Assembly (NCBI GenBank): GCA_963749495.1
Contig: CAVVMW010000008.1
Location: forward strand, 128,001-192,000
Source: an uncultured bacterium
GTDB taxonomy: Bacteria; Verrucomicrobiota; Verrucomicrobiia; Limisphaerales; UBA8199
Direction of reading: 5' to 3'
DNA: 64,000 nucleotides
The translations under genes and the position numbers were made by a program. Shown piece after piece: positions 33,588 to 43,589 of this stretch; within the stretch, counting starts at the first letter, position 1; each line of letters opens with the position of its first letter. The notes below the pieces were generated by a model. It was not told where the DNA came from, ran no database searches, and was given only the letters and a program-made list of their open reading frames with translations.

Positions 33588-35047
33588 ATGATGACGCCCC
33601 CGAACCCGCAGCCCGATCCGCTCTACGTCCAGGCCCGCCAAATCCTGGCGGCCAATCCAGGCATGGGCAAAGGCAAGTTGGCAAACCTGCTCGGTGTCAG
33701 GACGCCGACTTCACGGCGCCTGATCCACCGCTACCTCGGCGAGACGCAGGGCCACGCCTCGGACCCGCAGTACGCCCAGGACCGACAACTCCTCGACAAC
33801 AACCCTGGCTGGGGTGCAAATCGCCTGGCGCAGACCATGAGCATCCCCCTCGACCGGGCGAAGGTTATCGTCGCGCGCTACCGGGGCGCGCAGGCGCACC
33901 AGGCAGCCCAAGGAGGCCAAGCCCCACCCGCACCACCGGCGGATAAGGGCGGACACCTGCAGAGCAACGAGTCGCGGGACAACAAGGACCTGTCGTACAC
34001 CGGCGACCACATCACCTCCCTCAACGAGCTGCTGGTGCATGCCGAGGTGGATGAGCGCATCTGGGAAATCGAGCGGCACGTCGTCAACAAGTGGGAGGTG
34101 GGATGCCGGAACCCGTGCACGGGGGAGATCCTCGTGTCCCCGTTATGGCAGATCAAGGTGTGGTTGCGCCGGCGCGTCGGGATGCGCATCGAGGATACGC
34201 TCCGACAGTTGCTCGCCGAGTTTGCCGCGGCCGCGCCAGTGCGCCCACCGGTGCCCCCGCGCCAGGGCACCAGCGGGGTCCTCGAGATCAGCATCTTCGA
34301 CCTGCACGGCGGAGGCTACGGCAACGCCTTGGAAACCGGCGCGGCTTACGACCTGCAGATCACCCGGAGCACGTTCTGGCGCGCGATGGACGACTTGCTG
34401 GAGAGGGCGCGGGGCTTGAGGCCGGAGCGCATCCTGTTCCCGATAGGCAACGACTACTACAACGTGGATGGCAGCGACCGGGCCACCGCAAACGGGACGC
34501 CGCAAGACGAGGCGGTGAGGTGGAACGAGAGCTTCCTCGCCGGCCGCAAGCTCCTCGTCGAGGCGATCGAGGCCCTCCGCGAATCGCCCCTGTGACCGTA
34601 CCGGTGATCAGCGGGAACCATGACCAGACCCGGATCTTCTACACGGGGCACGCCCTGCATTGCTGGTTCAGGAATACGCCCGACGTGACCATCGACAACG
34701 GATTCCAGACGAGAAAGTACTTCTGCTACGGCCGCAACTTGATCGGATTTTGCCACGGCCATCTGGAGCCCCATGCCAACCTTCCCCTTATTATGGCGAC
34801 CGAACAGAAGGAGGCCTGGTCAACGGCAAAATTCTTGGAGTGGCACGTCGGGCACTGGCACACGCGCAAGCGGAAGGTGTTCCTGCCCCTCGAGGACCAG
34901 CACGGCGTGGTCGTACGGGTCATACCGTCGCTCTGCCCCCCAAACGCGTGGGCAAAGAGCATGGGCTACCTGGGGCAGAGGGCGGCAACCGCGATATTCT
35001 GGGACCCGGAGCAGGGGCCGGTCGCCGAGTTCCTGCACGCGCCCTAA
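33588..35047 (+). CDS. Phage-type calcineurin-like metallophosphoesterase with two N-terminal HTH-like repeats; frameshift near 34580
   Basis: FDLHGG, IGNDYYNVD, TANGTPQD, then in the -1 frame SGNHD, FCHGH, VGHWH. Confidence 0.8.
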
Positions 35048-35075
35048 ATGGCGGGAAACAGAGGCCTACAAACCT

Positions 35076-35483
35076 ATGGTGCGCGTTGAGCATGGCAGGG
35101 TTTTCATCCAGGTCCACTGGAGCGGGCGCCGGCGCTCCCCCTGGGATGTGACGAGGGTACGCCGCATCCTCCGCAGGGCGCCGGTGTACTCCGCCTGGGC
35201 GACGCCGGACGGGACCGCCGATCCCGTGATGCGGCTCATGCCATGCGTCATCGTCCTGCGGCGCGCGGACGACTGGGGCGCCGGCGTGGCGATCGTCCTG
35301 TGCGGGCACCCGGCCTGCACCACGCCCCTCGGCCCCATCCTGGCCGCCCTCAAGCTCGCCGCAGACCACGAGATCATCAACCGATACACCCTGGGCATCG
35401 CGCTGGCGGGGGTGCGCCGGTGCCTGGATGCGCTCGCAGAGCAAAACCTGAGAAACATGAAAACAAGAAGCACAAGGACATGA
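35076..35483 (+). CDS. Hypothetical protein (phage-like operon)
   Basis: High GC3 frame; stop overlaps the next start (ATGA). Confidence 0.55.
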   Translation: MVRVEHGRVFIQVHWSGRRRSPWDVTRVRRILRRAPVYSAWATPDGTADPVMRLMPCVIVLRRADDWGAGVAIVLCGHPACTTPLGPILAALKLAADHEIINRYTLGIALAGVRRCLDALAEQNLRNMKTRSTRT

Positions 35484-35887
35484 TGCGCATCGAATACTCG
35501 GACATGCGGGGGGTGCGGGTCGTTTGCGTCGCCTGGAATGGCGTGAGCGAGCCCGTATTCGAGGCGAAGCAGAGGCCGTTGCACAGCGTCCCGTTATTCT
35601 TGGGGCACATCGCCTTGCCCGCGGGAGGGGGCGGAGGGGAGGAGCGCATCCCCATCGCCGCCGTCCTGCCAGCGGGCTCGGACGGCGAGCCCGACTGGCG
35701 CCGGGGTTGCGGCGTCCTGATCGGCCAGAACGTCAGCGATGACGCCTGCCCGGAGGAGGGCAAGACATCGATCTTCGACTGCATGGTCAAGGCCGTGGTG
35801 TTAGCGGAGGAGCATGGGATCATAGGCGCCAAGGCCGCCGAGGGCGCCAAGTACGAAATCACCGGGCTGGCCGGGATAAAGAACTAG
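35480..35887 (+). CDS. Hypothetical protein (phage-like operon)
   Basis: ATGA coupling, AAGGA upstream. Confidence 0.6.
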   Translation: MMRIEYSDMRGVRVVCVAWNGVSEPVFEAKQRPLHSVPLFLGHIALPAGGGGGEERIPIAAVLPAGSDGEPDWRRGCGVLIGQNVSDDACPEEGKTSIFDCMVKAVVLAEEHGIIGAKAAEGAKYEITGLAGIKN

Positions 35888-35912
35888 CGCATGAAAGCTA
35901 AATCCAGCAGAC

Positions 35913-36407
35913 ATGACCTTCCAGCTGATAGTCTACCCCCAAGATGACGAAGCGCGCCGCTGGGCACCGCTCTGGGTCATGATCCACGGGCGCCTGCGGG
36001 GCCGGGCGGATTTCGCCCTGACCTGCAACGGCGAGGACATGAGCGCGAGCTGGGACGGCGAGACCCTCCGCTTCGAGAGATCGCTCACGTTCGAATTGGG
36101 GATGGACACGATAAAGATCCTCAACGAACTGGACAGGGAGGACATCCCGCCGGCTATGGCCGCCGCCCTCGACGCCCTCCGCTCCTCGGGCTCCGAGGCT
36201 GAGGTCGAAACCTGCGGCATCTGCGGCTTGATCATGCCCGCCTCCCTCGCCAAGCCCTTCTCGGTTCACGCGTGCCCCAAGTGCGTCGGCGATGCGCACG
36301 TCACGAAATACAAGAAGCTCTGCGCGCGGCCCGAAGACGACCCGGATCCCGAGGAGTGCGAGCCGCCCGATGCGCCCCCGGAGGACGAGGACGATCCGCC
36401 CTTTTAG
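35913..36407 (+). CDS. Zinc-ribbon protein with acidic DDPPF tail
   Basis: CGIC...CPKC; ends EDEDDPPF. Confidence 0.7.
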   Translation: MTFQLIVYPQDDEARRWAPLWVMIHGRLRGRADFALTCNGEDMSASWDGETLRFERSLTFELGMDTIKILNELDREDIPPAMAAALDALRSSGSEAEVETCGICGLIMPASLAKPFSVHACPKCVGDAHVTKYKKLCARPEDDPDPEECEPPDAPPEDEDDPPF

Positions 36408-36683
36408 CAGTTAGGGCTCACCCTTCTTACCCAGCCCGTACAAAAAAGGGGCCTGCGGAACCTACGGAACCTAGGTGACCGTCCGGCGACGCTGGAGGTG
36501 CGGCGGGTACTTCGACCATTGGCGCTCCTCGCGGCTCTTGACCGGCGGGTGACTCGCCTTCACAGGGCGGAATTGCGCCACACATAAGGCGAGTGGATCG
36601 GTTGGCTTCACTGGTCCTCCTCGAAGGCGAAGTAAAACCGGGGTTGCGCTCTTGATTCGGCACAATGGATTCGGCGCTCATCG

Positions 36684-37569
36684 TCACTCCAGCTTGTGCT
36701 CTGGGTCAAAATGAGGCAGGGAAGCAGGGTCATCCGGAACACCTTCGACCAGGATCATGTTGCCGGTATAACCCGCGAATGCCTGGTGAACGAACTCCAG
36801 CCAGTATCCCAGCCATTTGCCGTTTTTCAGATAGTTTCGTAGCGGATGCGCACCACCAGATTCTGAAGACAAGCGGCGCTGAAGGAAGTCCTCCCATGTG
36901 CGGCGAGAGCTGTCCCTGAACACGTAGGGCGTGCTCATGGTCACTGACCGGCTGAGCCCTTCGACAAACGGAGGCAGCACTCGGACGTACCAGATCTCGC
37001 CCTTGAGACCTGCATACCCACTGCTGCTCCAGCATCGACCTTCCTGTTTGCCGGCGATGTCCCAGAGCTTTGATCCCTGGGCGTCAACATCCAGCACCTC
37101 GTAGAATGAGCAAACGGAGTCGTTCAGCGCGGCCATGGCCTTCTCAACGCAATCGAATGTGCCCACGTGCTGGAGGTAGTGGACGAACACCTCGCCGACG
37201 GTCATCCCGGTTGAATCATCTCGCGCGTCCAAAACCATCCAGGCTGCGAAGAAGGCCGACGTGACCGGGCTCATAGGCGGGTAGCTTGGCATGTATCCCT
37301 CCTGAATGTCGGCGATCAGATTGTTGAATGGAATCAAATCCGGGAAGCCCAGAGCCTGACTGACCGGCGAATTCACTGGCCGTATTGAGAGCGGCAGCGT
37401 AGGCGTGAAAACTGGGGTCTCCTCGTTTGGTGTTGGCGTAAGTCCCCTCATAAATGGACTTCAGCAGCTCCAGGTCCGCCTCGCTCTGCTCAAAGGTGAA
37501 CTGCTCTCGCAGAACCTCTCCCAGAAGCCGCTCGGCCCTTCGGTTCCGTTTGCTTTTTCGCGCTGGCAT
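36684..37569 (-). pseudogene. Hypothetical protein, frameshifted near 37365
   Basis: ORF from 37569 (MPARKSK...) continues in the neighbouring frame into ...YMPSYPPMSPVTSAFF...VPDDPASLPH. Confidence 0.6.
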
Positions 37570-37574
37570 ACAGG

Positions 37575-38186
37575 TCAGCTCGTTCCAATTTCCATTTGTG
37601 GCGCAGGCCCCGTCGTTCTCGGTCCGGTCAACCAGGGGGGAGGCTCACAGGGCTTTGACCATGTTCGCTGCGCTCCCACGATCCGCGAGCACTTCCTCAG
37701 TCGCACCAGTCGTCTCCTCCATTCCGCGTTGCACTTTTGCCCAAGATCCGATTCTGTCAACCGCTTCACTGCTGACCAGAACCCCTTAATCCCCACACAG
37801 CGAACATCCAGTAATGGCGTAATCAGGTATCCCGGCTTCGCGTGGTTCTTCTCGGAAATCACCCACTCCATGAATTCCCGCATGCTCATCTCCTCGATTT
37901 TGTACCCTTCCCACCACGACCTCAAGGCAGTATCTGTAATGGGCATCAAAAGAAGGGCATCCAGCACGTCGGCCACCTTCCGCTTTTTGTCGAGGTCATC
38001 AGCACGGCGAAACTCCTCAAGCAGCTCGCCACTTCTCCGAAACGCCTCTTCGTCAGCCTTGAGTTTGCCAAAAACCAATCGCACCGCTTGGATTGATATG
38101 CCGAAAGTTGACGCAATGTCGGCCTGGGAAGCCCCGGCTTCTTGCATCTGACGAATCTTCACGTTGCGGTCGCGGCAAGTTCTCAT
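37575..38186 (-). CDS. HTH-domain hypothetical protein
   Basis: RNVKIRQMQEAGASQADIASTFGISIQAVRLV helix-turn-helix. Confidence 0.6.
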   Translation of the reverse strand: MRTCRDRNVKIRQMQEAGASQADIASTFGISIQAVRLVFGKLKADEEAFRRSGELLEEFRRADDLDKKRKVADVLDALLLMPITDTALRSWWEGYKIEEMSMREFMEWVISEKNHAKPGYLITPLLDVRCVGIKGFWSAVKRLTESDLGQKCNAEWRRRLVRLRKCSRIVGAQRTWSKPCEPPPWLTGPRTTGPAPQMEIGTS

Positions 38187-38233
38187 GCTTTCTTCCACGC
38201 GGCTGACCCGGAAAGACCACAGAACGTCTCCAT

Positions 38234-38725
38234 TCACTCCTTCGGCTCCCTGACCTCCAGCGCCGGTCTTCGATGGACCTCTTCCTCTGGCGTAAATTCA
38301 ATCCGCATCCCCCAGCCCGAAAAGGTGCAGATCAGCTTGCCAAATTCATGCCAGGTCAATTCCTTCCCATCAATCTCGATCACCGGCTCCCTCTCGCGGT
38401 CTTTCTCCGTGTCGCCGACCACGCACCTCAACACATCACCCCGAGGAGACCACTGGTTGCAGGACGGGTGGAATTCGATTTGAGCCGAGCCAAGGGGAGT
38501 TTCAATGGCCACGTATTCGTTGTTCCTGACCAACTCGGCATCGGCCTTCAGCATGTCGTTATAGAGGTCGAGAATCTCCTGGTCCGTCATCTCCGCCATC
38601 CTGGGGCCGATTTGCAGGCTGGTTTCGCCAAAGTCCGGGTCCTTGTACTTGATGTGGGCGTAGAGGTCGTCGCGGGTAATGATGACTTCGTTGAGGCTGT
38701 AAACGATGGGGCGAGGTTTTCTCAT
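38234..38725 (-). CDS. Hypothetical protein typical of genomic islands
   Basis: PVIEIDGKELTWHEFGKLICTFSGWGMRIEF; GAGG upstream. Confidence 0.7.
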   Translation of the reverse strand: MRKPRPIVYSLNEVIITRDDLYAHIKYKDPDFGETSLQIGPRMAEMTDQEILDLYNDMLKADAELVRNNEYVAIETPLGSAQIEFHPSCNQWSPRGDVLRCVVGDTEKDREREPVIEIDGKELTWHEFGKLICTFSGWGMRIEFTPEEEVHRRPALEVREPKE

Positions 38726-38868
38726 TCAGGTCCTCTGTCGTTTGGCGGTCTTGATGTTGTCGTGGCCAGAGGGGAGAATAGATTATCGGTCCTCGTTGGA
38801 CAAGCAGATTTCGAGCCATTTTGGTCCTTGAATTCTCCAACGCCCGCGCCAATAATTATGCAGGAATT

Positions 38869-39243
38869 ATGAGCACCGAGAGTGAACACGTGTGGGACGG
38901 GACCGGAGAGAAGGCAACCAAGGCGTTCGAGCGGAAGCGTGCGGAGTGGCGTCAACGAGACTGGATGACCTGGCTCCCCGACAACCTGAGCTTTCCCTTT
39001 ACTGCAACCAGGAGGGACGATGCGCATTTTCACGAGGACGACGCCGAGGATCCTTTTCGCCTCGGCCACACGATGCAGGTTCTAGGTCTGGAGTTGGAGG
39101 ATGACCTGTACGGCGTGATTGTGAAGGTGCGAGAAAAGCGTCGGGTCGGTGCCGTTCCACTCTGCGACATGGAGGTGGAGCCCAAAACCGACAAGAATTA
39201 CTGGCCGGTCAGGGAGTACGTTGTCTGGTTTGCGAATCGCTGA
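38869..39243 (+). CDS. CcbP-like (calcium binding family) protein
   Basis: NLSFPFTA, YGVIVKVR, VPLCDME, VREYVVWFANR terminal motif. Confidence 0.75.
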   Translation: MSTESEHVWDGTGEKATKAFERKRAEWRQRDWMTWLPDNLSFPFTATRRDDAHFHEDDAEDPFRLGHTMQVLGLELEDDLYGVIVKVREKRRVGAVPLCDMEVEPKTDKNYWPVREYVVWFANR

Positions 39244-39248
39244 AATTC

Positions 39249-39575
39249 ATGGAAACGGCTTTCGTAGGCAAGTGGCGGATCACAGAGATGGAACAATGGG
39301 ACCAGGACTACGTCGATGAGGAGGAGCCTGGCCATATCAGCTTCGAGAAGAAAGGGGAGGGCCACTTTCACTTCGGATACGTGCATGCTTACCTGGACTG
39401 GCGCTATGATCCTGCCATTGATCGCGTGGATTTTTCCTTCGAGGGCTCTTGTGAGGGAGACGAAATGAACGGCAGAGGCTGGGCGAAGATCGAGGGAAAG
39501 GGCAAGCAATTGGTCGGCCAAATCGTCTTTCAGCAGGGCGACGAATCCGGGTTCAAGGCGAGAAAGGGAAGGTGA
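39249..39575 (+). CDS. Hypothetical protein
   Basis: FVGKWRITEMEQWDQDY...GRGWA...GDESGF; operonic spacing. Confidence 0.75.
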   Translation: METAFVGKWRITEMEQWDQDYVDEEEPGHISFEKKGEGHFHFGYVHAYLDWRYDPAIDRVDFSFEGSCEGDEMNGRGWAKIEGKGKQLVGQIVFQQGDESGFKARKGR

Positions 39576-39578
39576 ATT

Positions 39579-39971
39579 ATGGCCAAAGCGGTTAATCTCG
39601 AAAAGCTGAAGAAGGACATGGAACGTTGGCCGAAGTCGTGGGCGGGGTTTGATTCGGACATCCCAATCGGCAAGGAGATCGTCGATACCATGCGTCTCTT
39701 CTTGTCGGCGATGGTGGAGGATCAACTCTCATACACCACGATCAACCGGCACATGGGCAATCTCTGGCTTTTGGGCGGCGAGATCATTTACCGTGTCAAC
39801 ACCGACCCGGAACTAAAGGACTTGGATGGTAAGCAGTTGCTGTTGCAATCTGTCGATGAACAGGGCGGCCCATATTCCAGACACCTTGCGACCGAGGAAG
39901 AGCAACGGGCTTTCGACGCCACGTGCAAGAAGCTGTACCGGTTCCTGATCCAAAGGCCGGGTCCAACGTGA
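39579..39971 (+). CDS. Hypothetical protein
   Basis: WPKSWAG...NLWLLGGEII...FDATCKKLYRFL; operonic spacing. Confidence 0.75.
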   Translation: MAKAVNLEKLKKDMERWPKSWAGFDSDIPIGKEIVDTMRLFLSAMVEDQLSYTTINRHMGNLWLLGGEIIYRVNTDPELKDLDGKQLLLQSVDEQGGPYSRHLATEEEQRAFDATCKKLYRFLIQRPGPT

Positions 39972-40474
39972 TGAAATCCTTCCCCATCTCGTCAATAATC
40001 CTGGCCCTCCTCTACGCGTGCTTCATGGGCTACTGGGCCTGGTCTGGTTCAGAGTTGCCGGAGAGAGTGGCGACCCATTTCAACGCCCACGGTGAGCCAA
40101 ATGGATGGATGAGCCGTTCCACCAATCAGACGTTCATGCTGGTTTTCGGCCTGGTTTTCCCCCTGCTGATCGTGCTCCTGAGCTACGCCACTCGATTTAT
40201 GCCACGCGGTCCGGTCAACATTCCCCACCGAGACTATTGGCTGGCTCCTGAAAGACGAAGAGAAACGTCAAATTACCTGGTCCGCGGGTCTCTTTGGCTG
40301 GCGTGTCTGGCGGTCTGTTTTGTGATTGGGCTTCAGTTCGCCATAGTCCAGGCCAACAAACAGAATCCGCCACACTCTTCCCTGTCGTTGATCTGGGGTA
40401 TAGTCGTTCCGTTCTTGGCAGGCACGATAATTTGGGTGGTGGTCCTGATTCGACGGTTTCGGCAGGTCCCTTGA
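39971..40474 (+). CDS. DUF1648 membrane protein
   Basis: LPERVATHFNAHGEPNGW plus four hydrophobic segments. Confidence 0.8.
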   Translation: MKSFPISSIILALLYACFMGYWAWSGSELPERVATHFNAHGEPNGWMSRSTNQTFMLVFGLVFPLLIVLLSYATRFMPRGPVNIPHRDYWLAPERRRETSNYLVRGSLWLACLAVCFVIGLQFAIVQANKQNPPHSSLSLIWGIVVPFLAGTIIWVVVLIRRFRQVP

Positions 40475-40545
40475 CGCTTTCCCGAGAGTTGCGGGACCAC
40501 TGGCACTGGACCGCCGTTCCACCTCAAGCACATGGCAACAGGTCT

Positions 40546-40923
40546 TTACCGGATCTGCAGGGCGATGGAGATCTGCTTGATGGCTTGATTGACGTGCTTC
40601 AAGGGCTTTCCAGTCAATCCGCCACGGGCTTGCTGCAACATCAATTGAGCAATGCGGAGTTGGTCGTCAGAAACCCCCTGCGGTTCGTGGCTCTTACTGT
40701 CAGCCCAGACATTGATGCCCATGGATTTGCCAGCCGCTCTGATCTGACGCATGGCCGCCACCCGGTGACCTTTGTAGTCATGGTTGGCTCGGCCGAGAAC
40801 GGTGTAGGCCTGGGTCAGCAGGTCACCTGGCAACGCAGGGCCGGCCAAGATGTGCAGACTGAACCCGAGCAGCAAGCAGGCGATAATCATGCCCTCGAAA
40901 GAACGAAGAAGAGGCGTTTTCAT
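40546..40923 (-). CDS. Small secreted helical protein
   Basis: Signal peptide; ANHDYKGHRVAAM; EPQGVSDDQL. Confidence 0.7.
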   Translation of the reverse strand: MKTPLLRSFEGMIIACLLLGFSLHILAGPALPGDLLTQAYTVLGRANHDYKGHRVAAMRQIRAAGKSMGINVWADSKSHEPQGVSDDQLRIAQLMLQQARGGLTGKPLKHVNQAIKQISIALQIR

Positions 40924-41231
40924 ATGAACTTTAACTACATTGCCTTACCAGACGCTCGATTTCAAGGCACGGTTACGGGCAGGTCTTGAACCCCTTCCCA
41001 ATTGCTCTGCCAGGGCGCCTTCCTCAGTGAACGAGCCCCCTTGCCATGGCGCAGGAGGACGAACGGAAGAGACAAACAGTCGCCACGGCAAGGGGCTGGA
41101 GCGGTGTCATCAGTGGAGATTGGCTTGTGTGTGCCCAACCGCCAATGCACGACGGGATCAGAATCTCACCCACGAAAGACCAAGGCGCAACACCCCATTG
41201 ACGAGCATTGCGCCTTTCCAAAATCTACGGC

Positions 41232-41696
41232 CTAAAATGGCAGCTTCTCCGCCTTCTTGGCTTTGGCCCATCTCCTCTTGGCCGCCAGGGACATCGCCCT
41301 TCTCCCGGCCGCACTGATGTTCCTCTTCTTCTTCGGCTTTCCTTCCTCTGTTGCCGGGGCTGTTTCGGGTTGAGCTTCGCCCCTCTTTGCCGCCCACCTT
41401 GCCTTCGCAGCAGCACTGATGGCTGCACGACCCTCTGGACTAAGCTTCTTCCTCTTCTTCCGGCCCCTCTTTGCTGGTCCTGTTGTCGTGGCCAGTTCAG
41501 GAGCAGTCTCGATCTTGGCCATCCGCTTCCTCCTCTTGCGCCTTCCATTCTTTGGCGTCCGAGTTTCTTTGGTGACGAACGGAACAGGTATTTCGTTGCC
41601 CAGGATTTCGTTGAGTTCGTCCCGCAGTCCCAAGATCTTCTCCTGGAGGTCCGCGGCTTTTCGTAGCTGCTGTGGTGTCAATTCGGTGGTGTTCAT
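41232..41696 (-). CDS. Highly basic histone-like protein
   Basis: N-terminal coiled coil, Lys/Arg tracts, two SxxGRxAxSxAAKxRWA repeats; GGAGG-like RBS. Confidence 0.75.
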   Translation of the reverse strand: MNTTELTPQQLRKAADLQEKILGLRDELNEILGNEIPVPFVTKETRTPKNGRRKRRKRMAKIETAPELATTTGPAKRGRKKRKKLSPEGRAAISAAAKARWAAKRGEAQPETAPATEEGKPKKKRNISAAGRRAMSLAAKRRWAKAKKAEKLPF

Positions 41697-41711
41697 AGGG
41701 GAGGTTTGGGT

Positions 41712-41999
41712 TTACTTGCTGCCCAGAATCGCGTCTTTGGCTGCCTTGGCGACACGGAACTTCACGACTCGCTTTGCAGGGATCTTGATCGATTCGCCTG
41801 TTGCAGGATTTCGACCCATCCGAGCCTTGCGATTCACGAGGACCAGCTTGCCCAGTCCAGGAAGGGTGAAGGTGTTCTTGGCGTTCTTGCAGGCCAGCGC
41901 GACCAGGGCTTCCAAGGTCTGCACGGCTTGTTTCTTGGTGACTCCGACCGTTTCAGCCAGAGATGCTGTAATCTGAGATTTGGTTAGTGCGTTTGCCAT
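41712..41999 (-). CDS. hup: HU family DNA-binding protein
   Basis: LPGLGKL...RKARMGRNPATGESIKIPAKRVVKFR. Confidence 0.93.
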   Translation of the reverse strand: MANALTKSQITASLAETVGVTKKQAVQTLEALVALACKNAKNTFTLPGLGKLVLVNRKARMGRNPATGESIKIPAKRVVKFRVAKAAKDAILGSK

Positions 42000-42056
42000 A
42001 TTGGTGCAGCGTGTGGAAAAAGGGCTGAAAAGTCAAGCGTTTCGTGCAAATCCGAG

Positions 42057-42770
42057 TTGAATCGAAGCAGCAGAAGCCTCAACCTTGTCCTGAATGTGAG
42101 ATGTGAGCTGTCATTTCGTGTCGGGTGCCTTTGTGAGCTGGCGTTGCTGGTCCTGGCCGTGCTCTGGGGCTGGGTCTTTCACCGACATGCTCTCCTGGAC
42201 CTGCATTGGCGCCTTGAAGATGTCCTGATCGGAATTGTCGCCTCCATTCCCCCCTTCGTCTTCTTTCTCTGGACGTTGAAATCGAACCTCCGGGTGTTTT
42301 CTCGTCACCGGTATTTATTCGGGTCTTTACTGCGCCCCATATTCGGAACCTGGTCCATCCTGCAACTCGCCATCATCTCCCTACTCGCCGGCATTTGTGA
42401 GGAGGCGTTGTTTCGATGGGCCATTCAAGGAAGCCTGGCAGAACATGTCGGCGGTCCTCTGGCGCTGGTTTTGGCGTCGGTGCTGTTTGGCGCCGTCCAT
42501 CCGCTCACCTGGACCTACGCCATCATCGCCACACTGATCGGGGCGTATCTCGGCGTGCTCTGGGTGTGGACCGGAAACCTGCTGACGCCAATGGTCACCC
42601 ACACCGTCTATGATTTCTTGGCCTTGCTGTACTTTTTGAGGGATCGGCAGTTGTTCCCAGATGACGGCCAAGACGCTGTAGGGTGCAGAAATTCATCCGC
42701 CTCTCCACGAAGCACAGACCGCGTTTTGAATTCGCGCGGTTTGCTGGTGGCGGTATGTTCTCGCCGATGA
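42057..42770 (+). CDS. CPBP (CAAX/Abi) intramembrane glutamic endopeptidase; ends uncertain
   Basis: EEALFR, FGAVH, HTVYD motifs; multiple TM segments. Confidence 0.85.
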   Translation: MNRSSRSLNLVLNVRCELSFRVGCLCELALLVLAVLWGWVFHRHALLDLHWRLEDVLIGIVASIPPFVFFLWTLKSNLRVFSRHRYLFGSLLRPIFGTWSILQLAIISLLAGICEEALFRWAIQGSLAEHVGGPLALVLASVLFGAVHPLTWTYAIIATLIGAYLGVLWVWTGNLLTPMVTHTVYDFLALLYFLRDRQLFPDDGQDAVGCRNSSASPRSTDRVLNSRGLLVAVCSRR

Positions 42771-43059
42771 GCAGCAGCTCCCTGAATTCGACCAACCCGT
42801 TGATTGCCAAGGTCCACCAGCTTTTCAGCCGTGACCTGGCTTTGGAGAACGACTATCTCTGTTGGGCGAGTCCCACCTGCGCCGGGCCCTGGGAGCGATT
42901 CAAGAGCATCACAACGCCCATCGGCCGCATCAAGGCATCGGCAATGTCATCCCGTTGAGCTTCGATTACCCTGCCGAGCCGGCGCCGTTGGCTGAGGTGA
43001 AGTGCCAGGAGGCCCTGGGCGGCCTCTTGAATCATCATTCAGTCAAGAAGGCGGCCTGA
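42755..43059 (+). mobile_element. Internally deleted integrase-core (rve) transposase remnant
   Basis: N-terminal DLALENDYL joined to C-terminal GESHLRRAL...HHNAHRPHQGIGN...LGGLLNHH...AA. Confidence 0.7.
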
Positions 43060-43589
43060 CGCCTTGGAGCCGAATCGCTTACGCCGGTGGACTGTAGAAT
43101 GGCGAACTGCTGCCTGGTGGCCAACCTCTTCCAGGCACTGGACCAAAGGGGAGAAGCGAGGGCAATCCCCAGGCAAATCTCCCTCCAGATCAACCGCACT
43201 TGCCTGTGCATTCCCCGGCAAGGGTCAACTACCTCCTGCCGGACGGATTTCCGCACGAAGGGGGGCCTGCGCCTGCTGGCCACGCACGCTCCTTTTCAAC
43301 CAGACGACCCGTCCCCGCGCGAACAGGACTATACCGCCGCCGGGCAATTGCGAGCCATGCTGCCGGAGAATTTGGCCGTCCGAGTACCGGCTCCCGCGCC
43401 CTGAACCGTTTCTCGAACCCGCCCGGTTCGTCGCCGCAGGCCGTCATCCTGCAGGGCGCGACAGGAGTGTAGACGAATGCAGGCGTTCCGCCGATTCTCT
43501 GGGTGCCGCAGTTCCTGGTTGTCTACGCCGATTGTCTACATCCGTGGGGCGCTGGGATTGCGCTTCGCCCGGCGAACCGGCAGGATGTC

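Noticed and set aside
34575..34595. Programmed frameshift in the phosphoesterase
   Set aside because: No slippery heptamer; the break splits the catalytic motifs, so an indel is more likely
36471..36660. Group II intron 5' end or ncRNA on the minus strand
   Set aside because: Better explained as a truncated CDS start (GGAGG then GTG, VKPTDPLAL...); no domain V or RT seen
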